NCBI GenBank assembly: GCA_013239625.1
Contig: MU054391.1
Location: 7,411,095 to 7,475,094, forward strand
Direction: 5' to 3'
Source of the DNA: Lama guanicoe
Taxonomy: Eukaryota
Length of the DNA: 64,000 nt
Below, in pieces: positions 21,236-33,657 of this stretch. How positions within the stretch are numbered: position 1 is the stretch's first letter; the number at the start of each line of letters is the position of its first letter. Position numbers and translations under genes: made by a program. The notes below the pieces were generated by a model, which worked only from the letters and a program-made list of their open reading frames with translations, made no database searches and had not been told where the DNA came from.

Positions 21236-23400
21236 CAAATGTGGTTGTTTGCATTGTTATTAGTACTGCATGGACGCCCAAGAGCAAGAGCGGGATGTGA
21301 TTTGTCTGAATGCCCCATGTGTGGTTCCGTGCCTAATCAAACCCACCTTTATTTCTGCACATGAACAAGTGACTACCTAAATGCAGGGAGGGTTAGGAGT
21401 AGGAAGCCTCTGGTCCCTGCATGGACGTACTTTCCTAGGAGCTGGGTTGCTATGAAGTATTTCCTTCCAGCAAAGGGGTCTTGGTTTTGGCCCCTTGGCT
21501 TGCTGCCCGGGGGTCTCTCAGGTCTCCTGGGCCAAGCCCGAGGCGAGGTGGGCAGACACGCCTGTTTTGGTATCTTCACCATTTGCCACTGATTCACAGG
21601 AGCTACAAGTATCTTCCAAAGTATTGTCTGAATCCCTGGGTTCATGACTTCATTTTGCCTTTCTGGGTCCAGCAAGTTTCACTGAAAAGAACCTTCTGTG
21701 AATTCTTTTTTTTTGTCCAATCACATCAGTTATTTAGATAAAGTCAAATTAGGTGGAATTATCAGCCAAGCACTGCTGTAGCCTGAGAACAAAGCTGGGT
21801 TTGACTGTGCGCATGCGTGCGTGTGTGTAGTGGTCAAGGAGGCCCTGTGGAAGGACCATTACCTGAAGGAGAAGGCCAGGCCCGCAGGGGCCTGCGGGTT
21901 CCCCAGCTATCAAAATCAAACCAGGTGGAGAAGGATGACCCAGAATTTGTGATTGCTGCCAGATTTTTGCCCTTTAAAAAGCATCGTCCCATAAAATGCA
22001 AACCCCATAAAGATGCATTCATGCAATCCTGTGTCCTTAGGCACTTCCACGCATGCTCACCCCCCATATAATTCTCTAGGCCCTGGGAACGCTGCTTCCA
22101 TCTACTGAGAAACAAACTAAAATATTAATAAAGGGTTCAAATTTTCAGCTGATCAGTAATATTTAATATAACATTTCAAGTTTGTAATGCAATCCGTTGG
22201 ATGTGAAAAATAAGATTAGATACCGTGATTCCACCTACTCTTTTTTCAGGGCACGAAGGAACTGATGGAGCCAGCCAGATGCCGTCTCTCAGAGGACGCT
22301 CTGATTCCTGGACTTGCTGTCTCTTTGATTGGCCACAGTTGTTTTGAGGTCTTTATGGCTGCATCACGGTTTGTGAGGTGCTCTTGTTCAAAGCACTGGC
22401 TTGTAATTTGACATCCTCAGGCCATTTAAGGCTAAGTGTACTGGGACTTTATGTGCTAGAGAGGAAAAAAAAGGTATTAAAAATCTGAAATTATCTGTGA
22501 CAGGCAAGAATCATCTTGCAGGTACTTTGCTCTGCGATCACCAAATAAGAAGTGATGATGCAGCCTGCAGAAGCCAATGCCTTGATTCAGTGAGGTGCGG
22601 ACAGTGTCTTCTCACAACGTAGAGACGAGAAAAATGAGGTGCTGTCGAATTTTTAAGGCAACAGGGAATGTAATGTTACTGCAAGACCCACTTCCTGTGT
22701 AATCCCATGGAGGCGGGGCTAAGATAGCAGGTGTGAGTCCCCAAGAAGCACTGTCTTCTGGGATCAAGGTCTTTGATCACCATCATTCATTTACTGACCT
22801 CAGGTGTCAGGTCCCGGCTAGATGTAGGGGACACCCTGCCCCAAAGGGGGACGGTCCAGGTAGCCAAGCTAGTGCTCCTACCAGTCCATGTAAAAAATGA
22901 AAAGGGGAGGCTCAAAACGGCACAGAAAAGATGCCACCAGCTGGGTTGCTGCTTGGGAAATGCAGCCTGGAAGAGGCTTCCTCTTTGAAAATCTATGCAT
23001 CCATGAAAATAAAAATTCTAATCAGGGTGATTGCCGCACCAACAAGGCATCAGTCTCCGGAGGACCAAGGTCCCCTTTCGTCCCTGAGCTCCTCAGTGTC
23101 CCCTCCAAGGAGCATGAGAATTAAAATCTAATCTTAGACTGGGGTCCAAGGAGGCAGGTTTGCTGACAGGAGAGTTCACTGTTCCGTGGGCTGGGGGTTC
23201 CTAGAAGTGGGGCAACGTCCGTGGAGGGACTTTGGTGGTTGACGTCATGGACGTGGTAGTGCTTAGGCTCTAACCTCGCTTTTTTGTTCCTTCAAGTTTG
23301 ACAAATCACTGAACCCACCCACCGTGTGGGAGGGTCGGGACGAGGCACCTTGTTAGGTCCTGCAGGACCTGTGTCTCCAAAAGATCGCTGTATCTCATCC

Positions 23401-23460
23401 TTTTTTTGAAGCATCGTTGATTTTCAACATTTCAGGTATACGGCAAAATGATTCAGTTAT
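23401..23460 (-). mobile_element. Very short L1 3' end
   Basis: tttttttgaagcatcgttgattttcaacatttcaggtatacggcaaaatgattcagttat. Confidence 0.65.
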
Positions 23461-23461
23461 G

Positions 23462-24310
23462 ACGTTTAAAAAGTGAGTTCCATATCCATAACTGATTTTT
23501 GAAAGTTCTTCATGAGAAGAGAACAAAGGACATGGGTGGTTAGATACGTTTCTATCGTTTTGTGATTTGTTGCTGAAATTAACACATCACTTAAATAGGC
23601 TCATGCCTGCACATTTAAAAGATAAAACTTGGTGGCAGAATTACAAGCAAGTTAAAACTTTCTCAGACAAAGGGTTTGGAAGTAGAGTTTGAACTCATTT
23701 GTTAAAACTCACTTGTTGGAGAGAGATCTATACAGCATTTGTTTGAGAGAGATATACATGGCATTTTTATTAGTTTGCTGTAACTCCCAACTGACATCAG
23801 TAGTTATTTCAATAAAGTCTTTGCATAATCAGTGGAAAGGATTGGAAAATAAGTAACATAATTTATTAAGCACATATAGCAATGCCCTTCTCCGCTTTTC
23901 TTTTGAGGTATTTTTTCCATCTCTGACAACCATTAAAGCCAAGGATTGAAATAAATCTAAATCAAAACCAGTTCTTTAAACTTCTATATAAAATCTTAAA
24001 CTGAGATTTAAAAATAATAATAAAGCTTATTCAATTGTATAGTTCTCTCTAAAATATTTCCATATTAAGTTTTGTATTCTCCTAATCAGAGAAATAAGGA
24101 AAATAAAAATTCAGTATTTCTTATGTCAGCTTTCATTTTAAAATGTTGTAGTCTTTGAATAATTCATCATTCATATCACATATTTCCATAGGCATCGATT
24201 TACAAATATGCAGGCCAAATTTATAATTAAATTTTCATATATCAAGGAGTCTGTGATCAAAATGTTTTTTCCCCATAGGGCGGATGATCAAAAAAGTTTG
24301 GAAGCTACTG
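23462..24310 (+). mobile_element. hAT-Charlie DNA transposon, decayed transposase C-terminus plus right end
   Basis: Decayed frames GWLDTFLSFCD..LMPAHLK..KSLHNQWKGLENK*HNLLST..NALL..EVFF..TTIKAKD*NK..KLRFK resemble the hAT dimerisation region (LCExxFS..IKTKYRNKL); end aaaaagtttggaagctactg. Confidence 0.75.
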
Positions 24311-24355
24311 ATGTGGATGATTATTTTAGGCTGTAGGAAACATCTAGAATGTGCG

Positions 24356-24517
24356 TTTTTTTTTTTGAAAATTTAATTATTTTAAATTGAAGTGTAGTCA
24401 GTTATAATGTGTCAGTTTCTGGTGTGCAGCATAATGTTTCAGTCATACATGTATCTACGTATATTTGTTTTCATATTCTTCTTCATTATAGGTTACTACA
24501 AGGTATTGAATAGAGTT
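24356..24517 (-). mobile_element. 5'-truncated L1 3' end with TSD
   Basis: L1 3' UTR; TSD tagaatgtg at 24345-24353 and 24518-24526. Confidence 0.9.
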
Positions 24518-24668
24518 TAGAATGTGAGGGTTTTTAGCTGTCTTCAGACGCTGGGTTAACTCCACTCTGCAACTACAGAATCTCAGAGGAGCAAAACTCT
24601 AATGATTTCACTGAGGTCTCTCTGGCACACAAAGACTAGATACAGGTGCATGGATAAGGCAGGAAGGG

Positions 24669-24694
24669 GTGTGTGTATGTGTGTGTGTGTGTGT
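24669..24694. repeat. (TG)n microsatellite
   Basis: Direct reading. Confidence 0.9.
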
Positions 24695-24904
24695 AGTCAT
24701 ACTACCAGTGCCCTGTGAGCCACAGTACAACTCTCTGTGGGCTGTTTGATCAGATAATCCAGTGACTGGGGAGGGGAGGAAGGCATAGAAGAAAGGGGGA
24801 GAAGAAAGCGTGGTTGATAAGCAAGGATTCTCTTTCCTGTGGCTGTTATTTGGTGCGGGATGTCCCTGCAGTGTGAGTCCCAAGCCCATGAAGATATTTT
24901 GTCC

Positions 24905-25050
24905 CACCTGTGACTCTGTGAAACTCCCCTGATTTCTGTGATTCTCAGTCTATCCTCAAATGGTTCCTGCCTCCCTCGTGGGTTTCCTATAAGGAGGGGA
25001 TAAATCGCACATGGGAAAATGGTTTACAAATGTTTAAGTGCTGTACACCT
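24905..25050 (+). mobile_element. MIR (MIRc/MIR3-like)
   Basis: ctgtgactctgtgaaac..tctcagtctatcctc..cctgcctccctcgtgggtt..gaaaatggtttacaaatgtttaagtgctgtaca. Confidence 0.6.
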
Positions 25051-25489
25051 GCTCAGGAGTAAATTACCAAAACGTCTATCGAATCTGATTAATACTGTCT
25101 TCTCTTTTCTGGTCGGAGCTCACTCGTCTAAAAACATACCCCAGCGTGTCACATCGATCAAGACACCTGCATGGTGGACATCATCTTTGGCCGAAGGACT
25201 GGATGTGGTGTGGTTTGACACAACTGCAGACCCACCAGTATCTGATGTAGGAACGTGTTAATTCTTGTGGCTTGCCGTGGGGTCCTTGCTGTGGAAGCTC
25301 TCTTGGATTTGGTGGCACTTTTTTATTCTCTATGGCATTTAGGACATGCCAGGCTCAGTAGATGACTGTCAATGTAAATGGACTTGGGTCCTGATTGGTG
25401 CAGAGAGTGATTGTGTAACTCAGTGGACCCCCCAGGCCCCCTTTCCCCCAGGACTGCCTTAACCCTTCTAGGGCACTGCTGCCTCACTG

Positions 25490-25590
25490 TAAAAACATGA
25501 CAGTGTCAGGAGGCAGGTATTCTTGGGTCCACTTTACAGATGAGAACATTGCAATACAGAGACTTGATTACCACGGCCAATTTTAGCTGT
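25490..25590 (-). mobile_element. MIR core fragment
   Basis: gaggcaggtattc..ccactttacagatgagaacattg..acagaga. Confidence 0.6.
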
Positions 25591-26434
25591 TCTTCTGTGA
25601 CATACAGTAAATATTTGCAATGCACCTTCACATAAATGTACCTCAAAAATGAAGCATCACTCTCTGTGTCAGCAGAGTTGGTTTCCTCTGTTGTCATAAC
25701 ATTGTCCTTCTCTGAAGGCTTCTAAACATTAGTCACATCTTTCTTCTAACAGCACATAGCCCAGCTAATTAGTAATTAGGCAGGGAGTGGAAAGACAGGG
25801 AAAACTTTTATTCCTAATTATGTCTGATCCTTCAGAGACATTCCAGCAAAAAGAAAAACCTTCTCTTATGCAGACATGGGATTTGAATTTCTTTTTTCTT
25901 TTCTTCCTTTTAAAATTTATAGCCATAACCTGGAGCCATTTTCTGCAGGGCTCTTGTCAAGCTTCAGTTATTCCCCTGGAAATTGCTTTGTTTGCTTTTC
26001 CAGTCCTCATTCTAGACTTTGCATGTCTCCTCTTGAAACTTCATCTTCTGGTATCAGGGCTTCAAGGTGCTGGCCGATATCTGGGGGCAAGTTCTGAGGA
26101 TTTTAGGATGTGAATGTCAAGAAAACATCTTTTGTTGAAACAGTGACACAGGAAACTTTTATTACAAACTCTGAAAACCTCCTGACTCTCTGAGAAAGAC
26201 AGACCAATGCAACATGCTATGGCAGGCACTGGCCATGCTGGGGGCTGACGGTGGAAAGTCCTTCCCTTGGAAGGTAATGCCTGTGAACTTCCTTGTACAG
26301 GAGCCAAGAAAAGATGGAAGGCCGAGGGGGAAGTGGAGAAGAAGGAGATGCTGCCTTCACCTCTCCGGAAACCCAAAGCTGAGGAGTATCTTTAAAGCAC
26401 TAAATGCATCATTTTAAGCATGTTGTTAATTGAC

Positions 26435-26940
26435 AACTATTCAAAAACTATGAATCAGGTGCCTAAACTGTGCCAAACACACTGACAGCTCAGCAACCCT
26501 GAGAATGAACTGTGCATTGGCTTGATCTGGACGGCTACATGGGAAGAAATGATGATAAGGGAGGCGCTGCCGTTAAATGTGAGGTATTCAGTGACAGCAG
26601 GGAGAACCCATACCGAGGGAAAAGGAGTTCTGTTTCTGGGAAGTTTCAAAAACTTTCACTTCGGAGGTAAGTTTTAAACAAGGACGTTGTTCAACTGGGT
26701 TTGCCAGAGACATAAGAAGGTCACAGCTTAAGGCGCTAGGGGGCATAGAAAGCTTTACAAGCTGGAGGACAGGGCAGGGGTGGGTGGTAGAGAGATTGCC
26801 GGGGTCATGCGGGGCACAAGGAGGAGGAGTGGGCATCAGAAGATGAGGCTGAAAAGGAGACGGGGGCCAGAGTGCAAAGGACACCAAAAGCCTTGTCACT
26901 GTCTGAGCTTCATTCTAAGGGTTATGGGGAGCCCTCCAGG
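26435..26940 (-). mobile_element. L2 fragment
   Basis: gtgcctaaactgtgccaaacac..agatgaggctgaaaagg..gggccaga..cttcattctaagggttatggggagcc. Confidence 0.7.
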
Positions 26941-27984
26941 AAAGCAAAGCCAAATTAAGAAATTCTTTTTCCGACTAGGAAGGGTCCATATTGGCTTGTT
27001 TGCAACACGGAGGGCCCCAGAGGTGCCAGTCCTTACCCCTGAGGATTAGGGCGTGATCTGCAGGCGGCTGCTCAGATCTCCCCAACTTTGCTTTCTCAAC
27101 CTCAGGACACTTTGAGATTTGGCTGGCGAGCATCTGCGCTCCAGAGAGAATAGCAGTGATAAAGGAAACCTGGCCTTTTCAGTAGAAATGTCCGGTATAT
27201 TTAAAGTGACCTCACCAAGCATCACCTCCCCTCGGCAGGTGTATTTTTTGGGCCAGTTTTTCAGTCTTGATCCATTCTTTAATTTCAGGGAATGGGACAT
27301 ATTTTATAACTCATGGATTAAAACGAAAGCTTTAAAAGGGTAATAAAAATAATGAGCCTGTTTCTGGCCTTTCCTCGTGAATCTTACTCAGCAGAACTCT
27401 TCCATATTGGGTTCAGGATGGCAGAGTGACCCCATTAGGAGTACCTCCCTTGAATGTATTTCCAATTCCCCATCTTGTTTTTAGAAGCAGAAGAGGATTT
27501 CAGTTAAAATATGTCTTATCTAAAATGTGCTCTACAGCCTGTCTCCGCCTGTTTCCACACACATGACCTCCGTCCGCCCTCTTACGCGTGCCCATCTCTG
27601 GAGATTGGCCTGGGGAACCAGCTCATCACCTGGGCTGAGTCTCAAGATAACTTGATAAATGGAGAACATGAGCTCTTGGGTGGACTCTGGAACCTGAGAA
27701 AAATGGTTCTTCCACTTCCTAGCCGGGGCTGTGACCTTCCACCAGAGGCTCCCTGAGCCACTCACAGGCAGAATGGGGCTGCTACACCAAACTTCCGTGG
27801 TGTGAGGGAGTGTATCTGGGATACCTGTGGAATAATTAAACTAATTCTGAAATGCAGTTCCCCTGGCCCACATTCTTTGGCCCTGCCTCTTCCTTTTGGC
27901 ATGGAGACATGCCTTGTTTTCAAAGTGAGTCAACAGAGCTGGAACAAAGATGCATTTGAGAAGAGCTGTATCAGCTTTGCTTTT

Positions 27985-28245
27985 GTTTTAAATTGAAGTA
28001 TAGCTGATTCACAGTGTTGTGTCAGTTTCTGGTGTCCAGCACGGTGATTCAGTCATACATATGTGCAGATACTCTTTTTCATTATAGGTGATTGTGAGCT
28101 ATTGAATAGCGTTCCCTGCTGTACAGTAGGTCCTTGTTGTTTATCTACTTTATATATAGTAGTGTGTACCTGCTGATCCCAAACTCCTAATTTATCCCTC
28201 CCCTCTTCCCTTTTGGTAACCATAAGTCTGTGTTCTACATTTGTG
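27985..28245 (-). mobile_element. 5'-truncated L1 3' end with TSD
   Basis: L1 3' UTR; TSD agctttgctttt (27973-27984) / agctttactttt (28246-28257). Confidence 0.92.
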
Positions 28246-29214
28246 AGCTTTACTTTTATAAGAGGCCCTTTATGCACTGGGCTGGTGGGACTTCTTCTCG
28301 AACTTGACTGGTATCTTGACATGAGAAAGTGCTCAGTTCTCAAGGTGGGTGAGAATTGCCCTTTCTGAAGCTGTGTGCCTCCTGGATTTGAATGAAGATG
28401 TTGCCCAATGAAGTTAATAGGTACAATATACAGGTCAGCCTGGTAAAGCCAAGTGAAGGAAAGGGCAAAGGTGAAATTGGCTTAAAAATGGAATCAGGAA
28501 GCGAGAGCCCAGTGGCCCTGACTAAGCTGACAGGGGCTGTGCTTTGGCTCCGAGTGGCTGAACAACCCATGGCGAGTAGATGAGATGCGCTAAAAGAGCG
28601 CGACTTTGAGTTCTGAAGCTCGTGACTCTACCCTGGATTGACGAATGCCCCTTAAATGGTCTCTTCCTGTTTTCAGTCATTTCCCATCCATACTGTCGGT
28701 CAGCTTTCAGTCAGGAAACAACTCTCGATGCTCTCCAAGTAGGGAAGCACTGGAAGGCCTGGAGAAGGAGGGAGGGAAGCACTCCAGAGCTGTGGTCAGC
28801 AGCAGTGAATAGAGAGCTTTCCAGAAGCTCGCTCAGACTCTGCCTTGACCCCCTCTTCTGTGCACGTACAGCTGGAGCTGCCTCTGCAGATCATGGCATC
28901 TTCTTCTCTCCCACCTTCCATTTCTCTCCTACCTTCCATGTCTCTCTGGAGTGCCCCTCCCTGACCCCTGCAACCTGGAAACTTAGGAGAAAAGGGAGCT
29001 GGGAAGTGCCGTTCCTGGCTCCTCCCCTGCAAGGCTGAGGTCTTAAAAGGGGTCATGGCAATGCCAAGGTCACAACAGACAGACCAGCGCACCAGCTGGT
29101 TCACAAGTGGGGAACTCTAGCCACATTCAGATGGAAACACTTCCCCTATGTGGCCCCCGTTCCAAATCTCCCCATGTTTTATTCTGAAAAGCACAGCTGA
29201 AGATACAGTCTCAC

Positions 29215-29515
29215 TCTAGTCTCACCTCCCACCACTGCCCTCCATGAACCTTCTTCCAGGAACTCGTGCATGCCTGGCAGCTTCGCTGCCCCCCAACCCC
29301 CTCCCCGGCACTGCACCCCCATTGGCTGTTACAGTTCTCCTTCCTCCAAATCACCCCTTTCCCCATACTTGTTTATTGAAGTATTGTCTAGTTTTCAAGG
29401 AGAGCCTGGATGCCATCTCAACCTTGGATGGATTACATTGTGAAGTAATAAGCCATCCTTTGATTATTCCAGTCAGAAACTGTCTCTATTCTTTACAAAG
29501 CCCCAGAGTACTTAC
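29215..29515 (+). mobile_element. L2 fragment
   Basis: Degenerate sense L2 3' region (tttcaaggagagcctggatgccatctc..ccagtcagaaactgtctct..ccccagagtactt). Confidence 0.5.
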
Positions 29516-30059
29516 TGTGTGAATATATATTCGAACCCAGACCTTCTTCAAGGTTCATGATTTCCCTTATGGGAAACTGTTTAGATAGTCTTTCTGAGCT
29601 TTAGGACTATGTGGTTAAATGGTTCACAATGAAATCCCTCAGTGTTTGCATTTGGGAAATGTTTTCAGAAGGTCTGATAAGAAATCTCTATTCATAAAAG
29701 CACTGAATGTTCAGATGAAATACAGGCACCAAAAGAAAATCAAATGAATTCGTTAAATAGCATATATAGATACAGATATAAATATTAATGCAATTATATT
29801 GAATTTTTACTCACGAAGTATACGGTGTCATTCATGTTACCTTCAGTTTCTATGCCAGCAGTATTCCATGTCAGTGACCACAACAGTATTTCTGAAGGCT
29901 TTTACAGATTCACTTCCAACTGCTATTCCCTATTTCACTCGTAAGATCTTAGGTTCCTTAATTTGAAAACTTAAATTGTAGTCTCTCAGAAATGGCATTC
30001 CTCTGACTCTGAGAGGGAAGATATATGTCTCAAAGCTTGGAAAGAAACACACATATGTC

Positions 30060-30490
30060 ACAAGTGTGACGTGAGACTGACATTAGAGGAGCGCTTTCTC
30101 CCCAAATTCTCAGTCTCTTGGAGCCCTGCTTGATGATGTCACACTGGGTGCCTGCTCGGAGACCGAGAGCCCCCTGGGCCGGCCTGCAAAGCCAGCAGGC
30201 ATAAAGCGTCTCTGACACACACATCAAATGGGCATTTCTGTGGACTTGATTCACAACAGTAAGTTGGCTCTGGAACAGAAATGGAACTTTTATTCTCTCG
30301 GCTGGCTTTTGTATAAATCAAGCTAGTGTAAAACTTTATTTTAAAAACATGTATAAATAAAAAGAAGACAAATGCTGGGCCAAATGTCTTTGGGAATCCG
30401 TCAGACCCCAACTGTTTGAAGAGCTGGCCGATTCAAACCATGTGTCCATTGCGCTGGCCAACGGGGAGGATTGATTCCAACTGTTCCGAA
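30060..30490. promoter_or_regulatory. Candidate enhancer (repeat-free, motif-dense)
   Basis: TGACGTGA (30067), TGATGTCA (30134), ACATCAAA, TGATTCA, TATAAATA and locally retained CpGs. Confidence 0.3.
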
Positions 30491-30859
30491 CATTCTCTGA
30501 AATAGTGATAGAGACTCCAAAATGTATACATATATATGCAAAATATATACATACTCTCTAATGCACAAACTCTATAAGGTCCTTCAGCTCAGAATCAATT
30601 AATTTCAGATAAAAATCATCCATCCATCCAAGACTGCTTTCTCTCCTAAATTAGGACCAGAGAGGGAAATATCCAACTAGGAAGATAACCCGTAATGAGA
30701 GCTCAGGTCTCCTGTGTCTGTCAAGGTTACCTCTGTGGTAACCTTGGTTACCTCTGTGGGTGAAACGTTTTTTCTCAGACATGGAGGATGGCAAACCTGG
30801 CAATTTGGTACATCCTTGTGACATACAGCATGGGAAAGAAAGAATCTCGTGTCCTGATT

Positions 30860-31012
30860 GAGGATACATGTTGGGTCCTGGGGGGCAATCTTGAATCTCT
30901 CTGAGACTCAACTTCCTCATCCAAGCAGGTCCAGCCTTCCAGGGTCACAGTGGGAGTCAAAGGGATAAACTCAGTGAAAATGCTATCTAAACCACGAAAG
31001 TTCTGCGCAAAC
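30860..31012 (+). mobile_element. MIR (MIRc/MIR3-like)
   Basis: gggcaatcttgaatctctctgagactcaacttcctcatc..cagggtcacagtgggagtcaaagggataa..gtgaaaatgct. Confidence 0.7.
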
Positions 31013-31954
31013 ACTGGTTATTATAGTCCAGGATTGGATGACAAGTCTCATTTAAACTCCCTTTGTGATAACTGATCCCCCATCGTCTTAATCTCCTGTA
31101 GAACGGGGGAGAGATACGTGAAACTGAAATCTTGAGCTGCTTCTGACTCCCTTTGTAAATCACAGTCGCTGTCACATCTGAGCAAGTCTTCTGGCTGATT
31201 TCACGGACATGCCCCTTCCTGGGAGGGTGGTAAGTATCAAAAGGTGACTCCTGAAATAACTGCAAATGAGAGTAATCTGGGTTTCCTGGCACACTCCACA
31301 GCTCTGTGTGCATTCCTGATTCGGGACATCCTTTTTAAGAGGATGGATCTGTATGCAGAACTCTCAGCTTCTCTCTTGTCTCTGGGATGATTCAAGCCCG
31401 GTAATTGAAGTTCCCAGAAAATTGAAGTCATTCATCTCTTTTTATCTCTAATGTAAAAAATATAGAAATACTGTAACTTTTGCAGAAAAAGCCCCGCAAC
31501 TGCACAAAATTATAATAATTGAGTCTGTTTGTCTTCATTTACCCAGCTGGGAAGATAGTCTGGTGGAACACAGCAATTTTCTAAATTCAGAGATAGTTGA
31601 TTCCCGAGCACAGCTGTTGCCCAATGCAGTCCTATTTCTTCTTTACTTCATACCAGGAACCAAACTACGAGCAGGCGGCCACAATGGCCTAGAGTTTCAA
31701 CAGGACTCTGCTCTTCTGAAATAATAGCTCAGTTTTGCCTAAGCCAATCACCTTTTCAGCATTCCCTGAAAAGTTACACTAGATGCAGAAAGTCTGAGAA
31801 GGACTTGGTTTACCAGGAGAGGAGAGAGTTTTGGAAGAGAGCCCCGCCATTCTTTTTGGGTTGACATCAAGGGCTTATCTATGAAGAAACTCCCCAGTCG
31901 AGTCACCTTAGTTGACATTACTGTGTTTCAAAAATGTTTTAGTTTCTTTAGAAA

Positions 31955-32150
31955 AATGTTCTTAAACTTGTGTGTGTGTGTATATATGGAAAATGCTGAA
32001 AAATCTGTTTAAAATACAAAGTCCTGGGTCCTTGCCTCAGATTCTGGAATATTAGGTGTGGGGTGGAGCCAGGGAACCTGCATTTGTGCTCATGCTCACC
32101 CATTGATCATGATGCTGGCATCTCCCGAGCGCGTGGCAGGAGACCCCACA
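31955..32150. mobile_element. MER5-type DNA transposon
   Basis: ttcttaaactt..ttaaaatacaaagtcctgggtcc..gattctg..ggggtggagccagggaacctgcattt. Confidence 0.7.
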
Positions 32151-32179
32151 CACTTCCCTCCGCCTCGCGGATGAAACGT

Positions 32180-32570
32180 CATTCTGCTTTCTGTCCTCGG
32201 AGGCACTGGCTCCCTCCTGTCTCAGAGAGGTTTTGCTTGCTCTGTTCTTTGCCTGGGGTGCTCGCCCCCGAGATCCTCCGTGGCTGGCTCCTTCTCAACA
32301 GTTAGGTTTGGGCTCTAATAACATCTGCCTGCAGAGGCTTTCCCGCATCCCTTTTGGTAAAGTCACCCCCCGCCCCAGCTCACTCTCCTCATGTTACCCT
32401 CTTTCTTCCTCCTCTGAGGTCAGCTCTGTGCATCTTCTTATTCCACCAGACTGGACACTCCATGACAATGGGAATCTCATGTCTCCCATGGTAGCCTCGG
32501 TGCCCAGGAACCTGCCTGGTGTCTGTCAGAAGCCTGGTCAGTATCTGATGGTGGGAAAATGGATAAATGA
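32180..32570 (+). mobile_element. L2 3' end
   Basis: tgctctgttctttgcctgg..ccgtggctggctccttctc..ccagactggacactccatga..gcctggtcagtatctg..atggataaatgaa. Confidence 0.8.
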
Positions 32571-33479
32571 AATGTCATCTAAAGGAGAGACTGAGTATCC
32601 ACAGATCAGAGCTCCAAGCGTTCACTTCTATTGAAAAATTTTCTTTAAAATGTTTCCTTTCCTCTTGAAAAATATTGCAGTGAATTTTGCCTTCCATTCC
32701 ATAGCATAACCCGATTTGTTTGGGTGTAAGAATAATTCTTAAAATTACTTACCAGTAAATAAAATCGACACTCCAGGAAAATAGACCCCATTCATTGTCT
32801 AAATCCCAGTCTTGCTGGCGCATCTCTAGTGCATCAGGAAATATGAATAACTCAGTATTGGAACCGCTGAGTAAAGGCAGGAACACTCTTGTTGACACAG
32901 ATCATAGGATCCTTCAGAAACACAAAACCAAATTCTAGAGGGACACGGGGTGCAGAGCGACTTGCTGGGTGTCCATCCAGCGTCTCCTGGATCCCCACGG
33001 GGGACTCCTGCTTTCCCTGCCAGGCAGGAGCCCCATGCTGTCTGCCCTTCAAACGGTTTATATTCTGTTTCCAGCCAGAACTGCTGAGGTTCTCCAAACT
33101 TCAAAACGCTGTGTTCAGGGAGAAGATGCCTGGCGGGGTCGGTGGTCTTGCTCTGCTCCGTCTGCCTGACTCCGTTCCCGTGTCTTATTCCAACAGAAGA
33201 CAAACAAACCCCGCATGGGGAGAGGTTTCCCGTGTCTTGTTTGTTGACGTACCTCCTCCTGTTTCTTAATGCCTGGGATGGGTCCACAGAATTTGTATTT
33301 TATCATCAGCCAGATTAAGTAATGATGGTCCAGGATTCTCAACCAGAATTGACAAATGAACTTCACCTTCCCGCACAGAGCCTTCCTGCTCAGCGCGGGG
33401 CTGAGGGGCTCTTAGTTCTTCTGAGGTGCTGGGCTGAGCGGCTGGGCCCAGTAGTGCCCTGCCCTTCAGGGAGACCTGT

Positions 33480-33657
33480 TGACACCAATTAGTGGTGTAA
33501 CCTTAGAACAATCATTTATCCCTTCTTCCTTCATCTGCTAAGAGGGGTTAATAATTATCTAATAGAATTGTTCTAGGTACTAAATGAGGTGGTGCGTGGA
33601 AATCACCTACATCAGGGCCTGGAAAGAGCAATTGTTCAAAAATCATCACTGCTATTT
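33480..33657 (+). mobile_element. MIR SINE
   Basis: gtgtaaccttagaacaatcatttatc..cttcatctgctaagaggggttaataat..gttctaggtactaaatgagg. Confidence 0.75.

Noticed and set aside
28904..28939. 18-bp tandem duplication giving FSPTFH x2 in an ORF
   Set aside because: Simple slippage duplication in pyrimidine-rich DNA; the host ORF has no support.
31102..31229. Exon-like unit with GTG|GTAAGT donor
   Set aside because: Short pyrimidine tract; GTAAGT hexamers are expected many times per 64 kb by chance.
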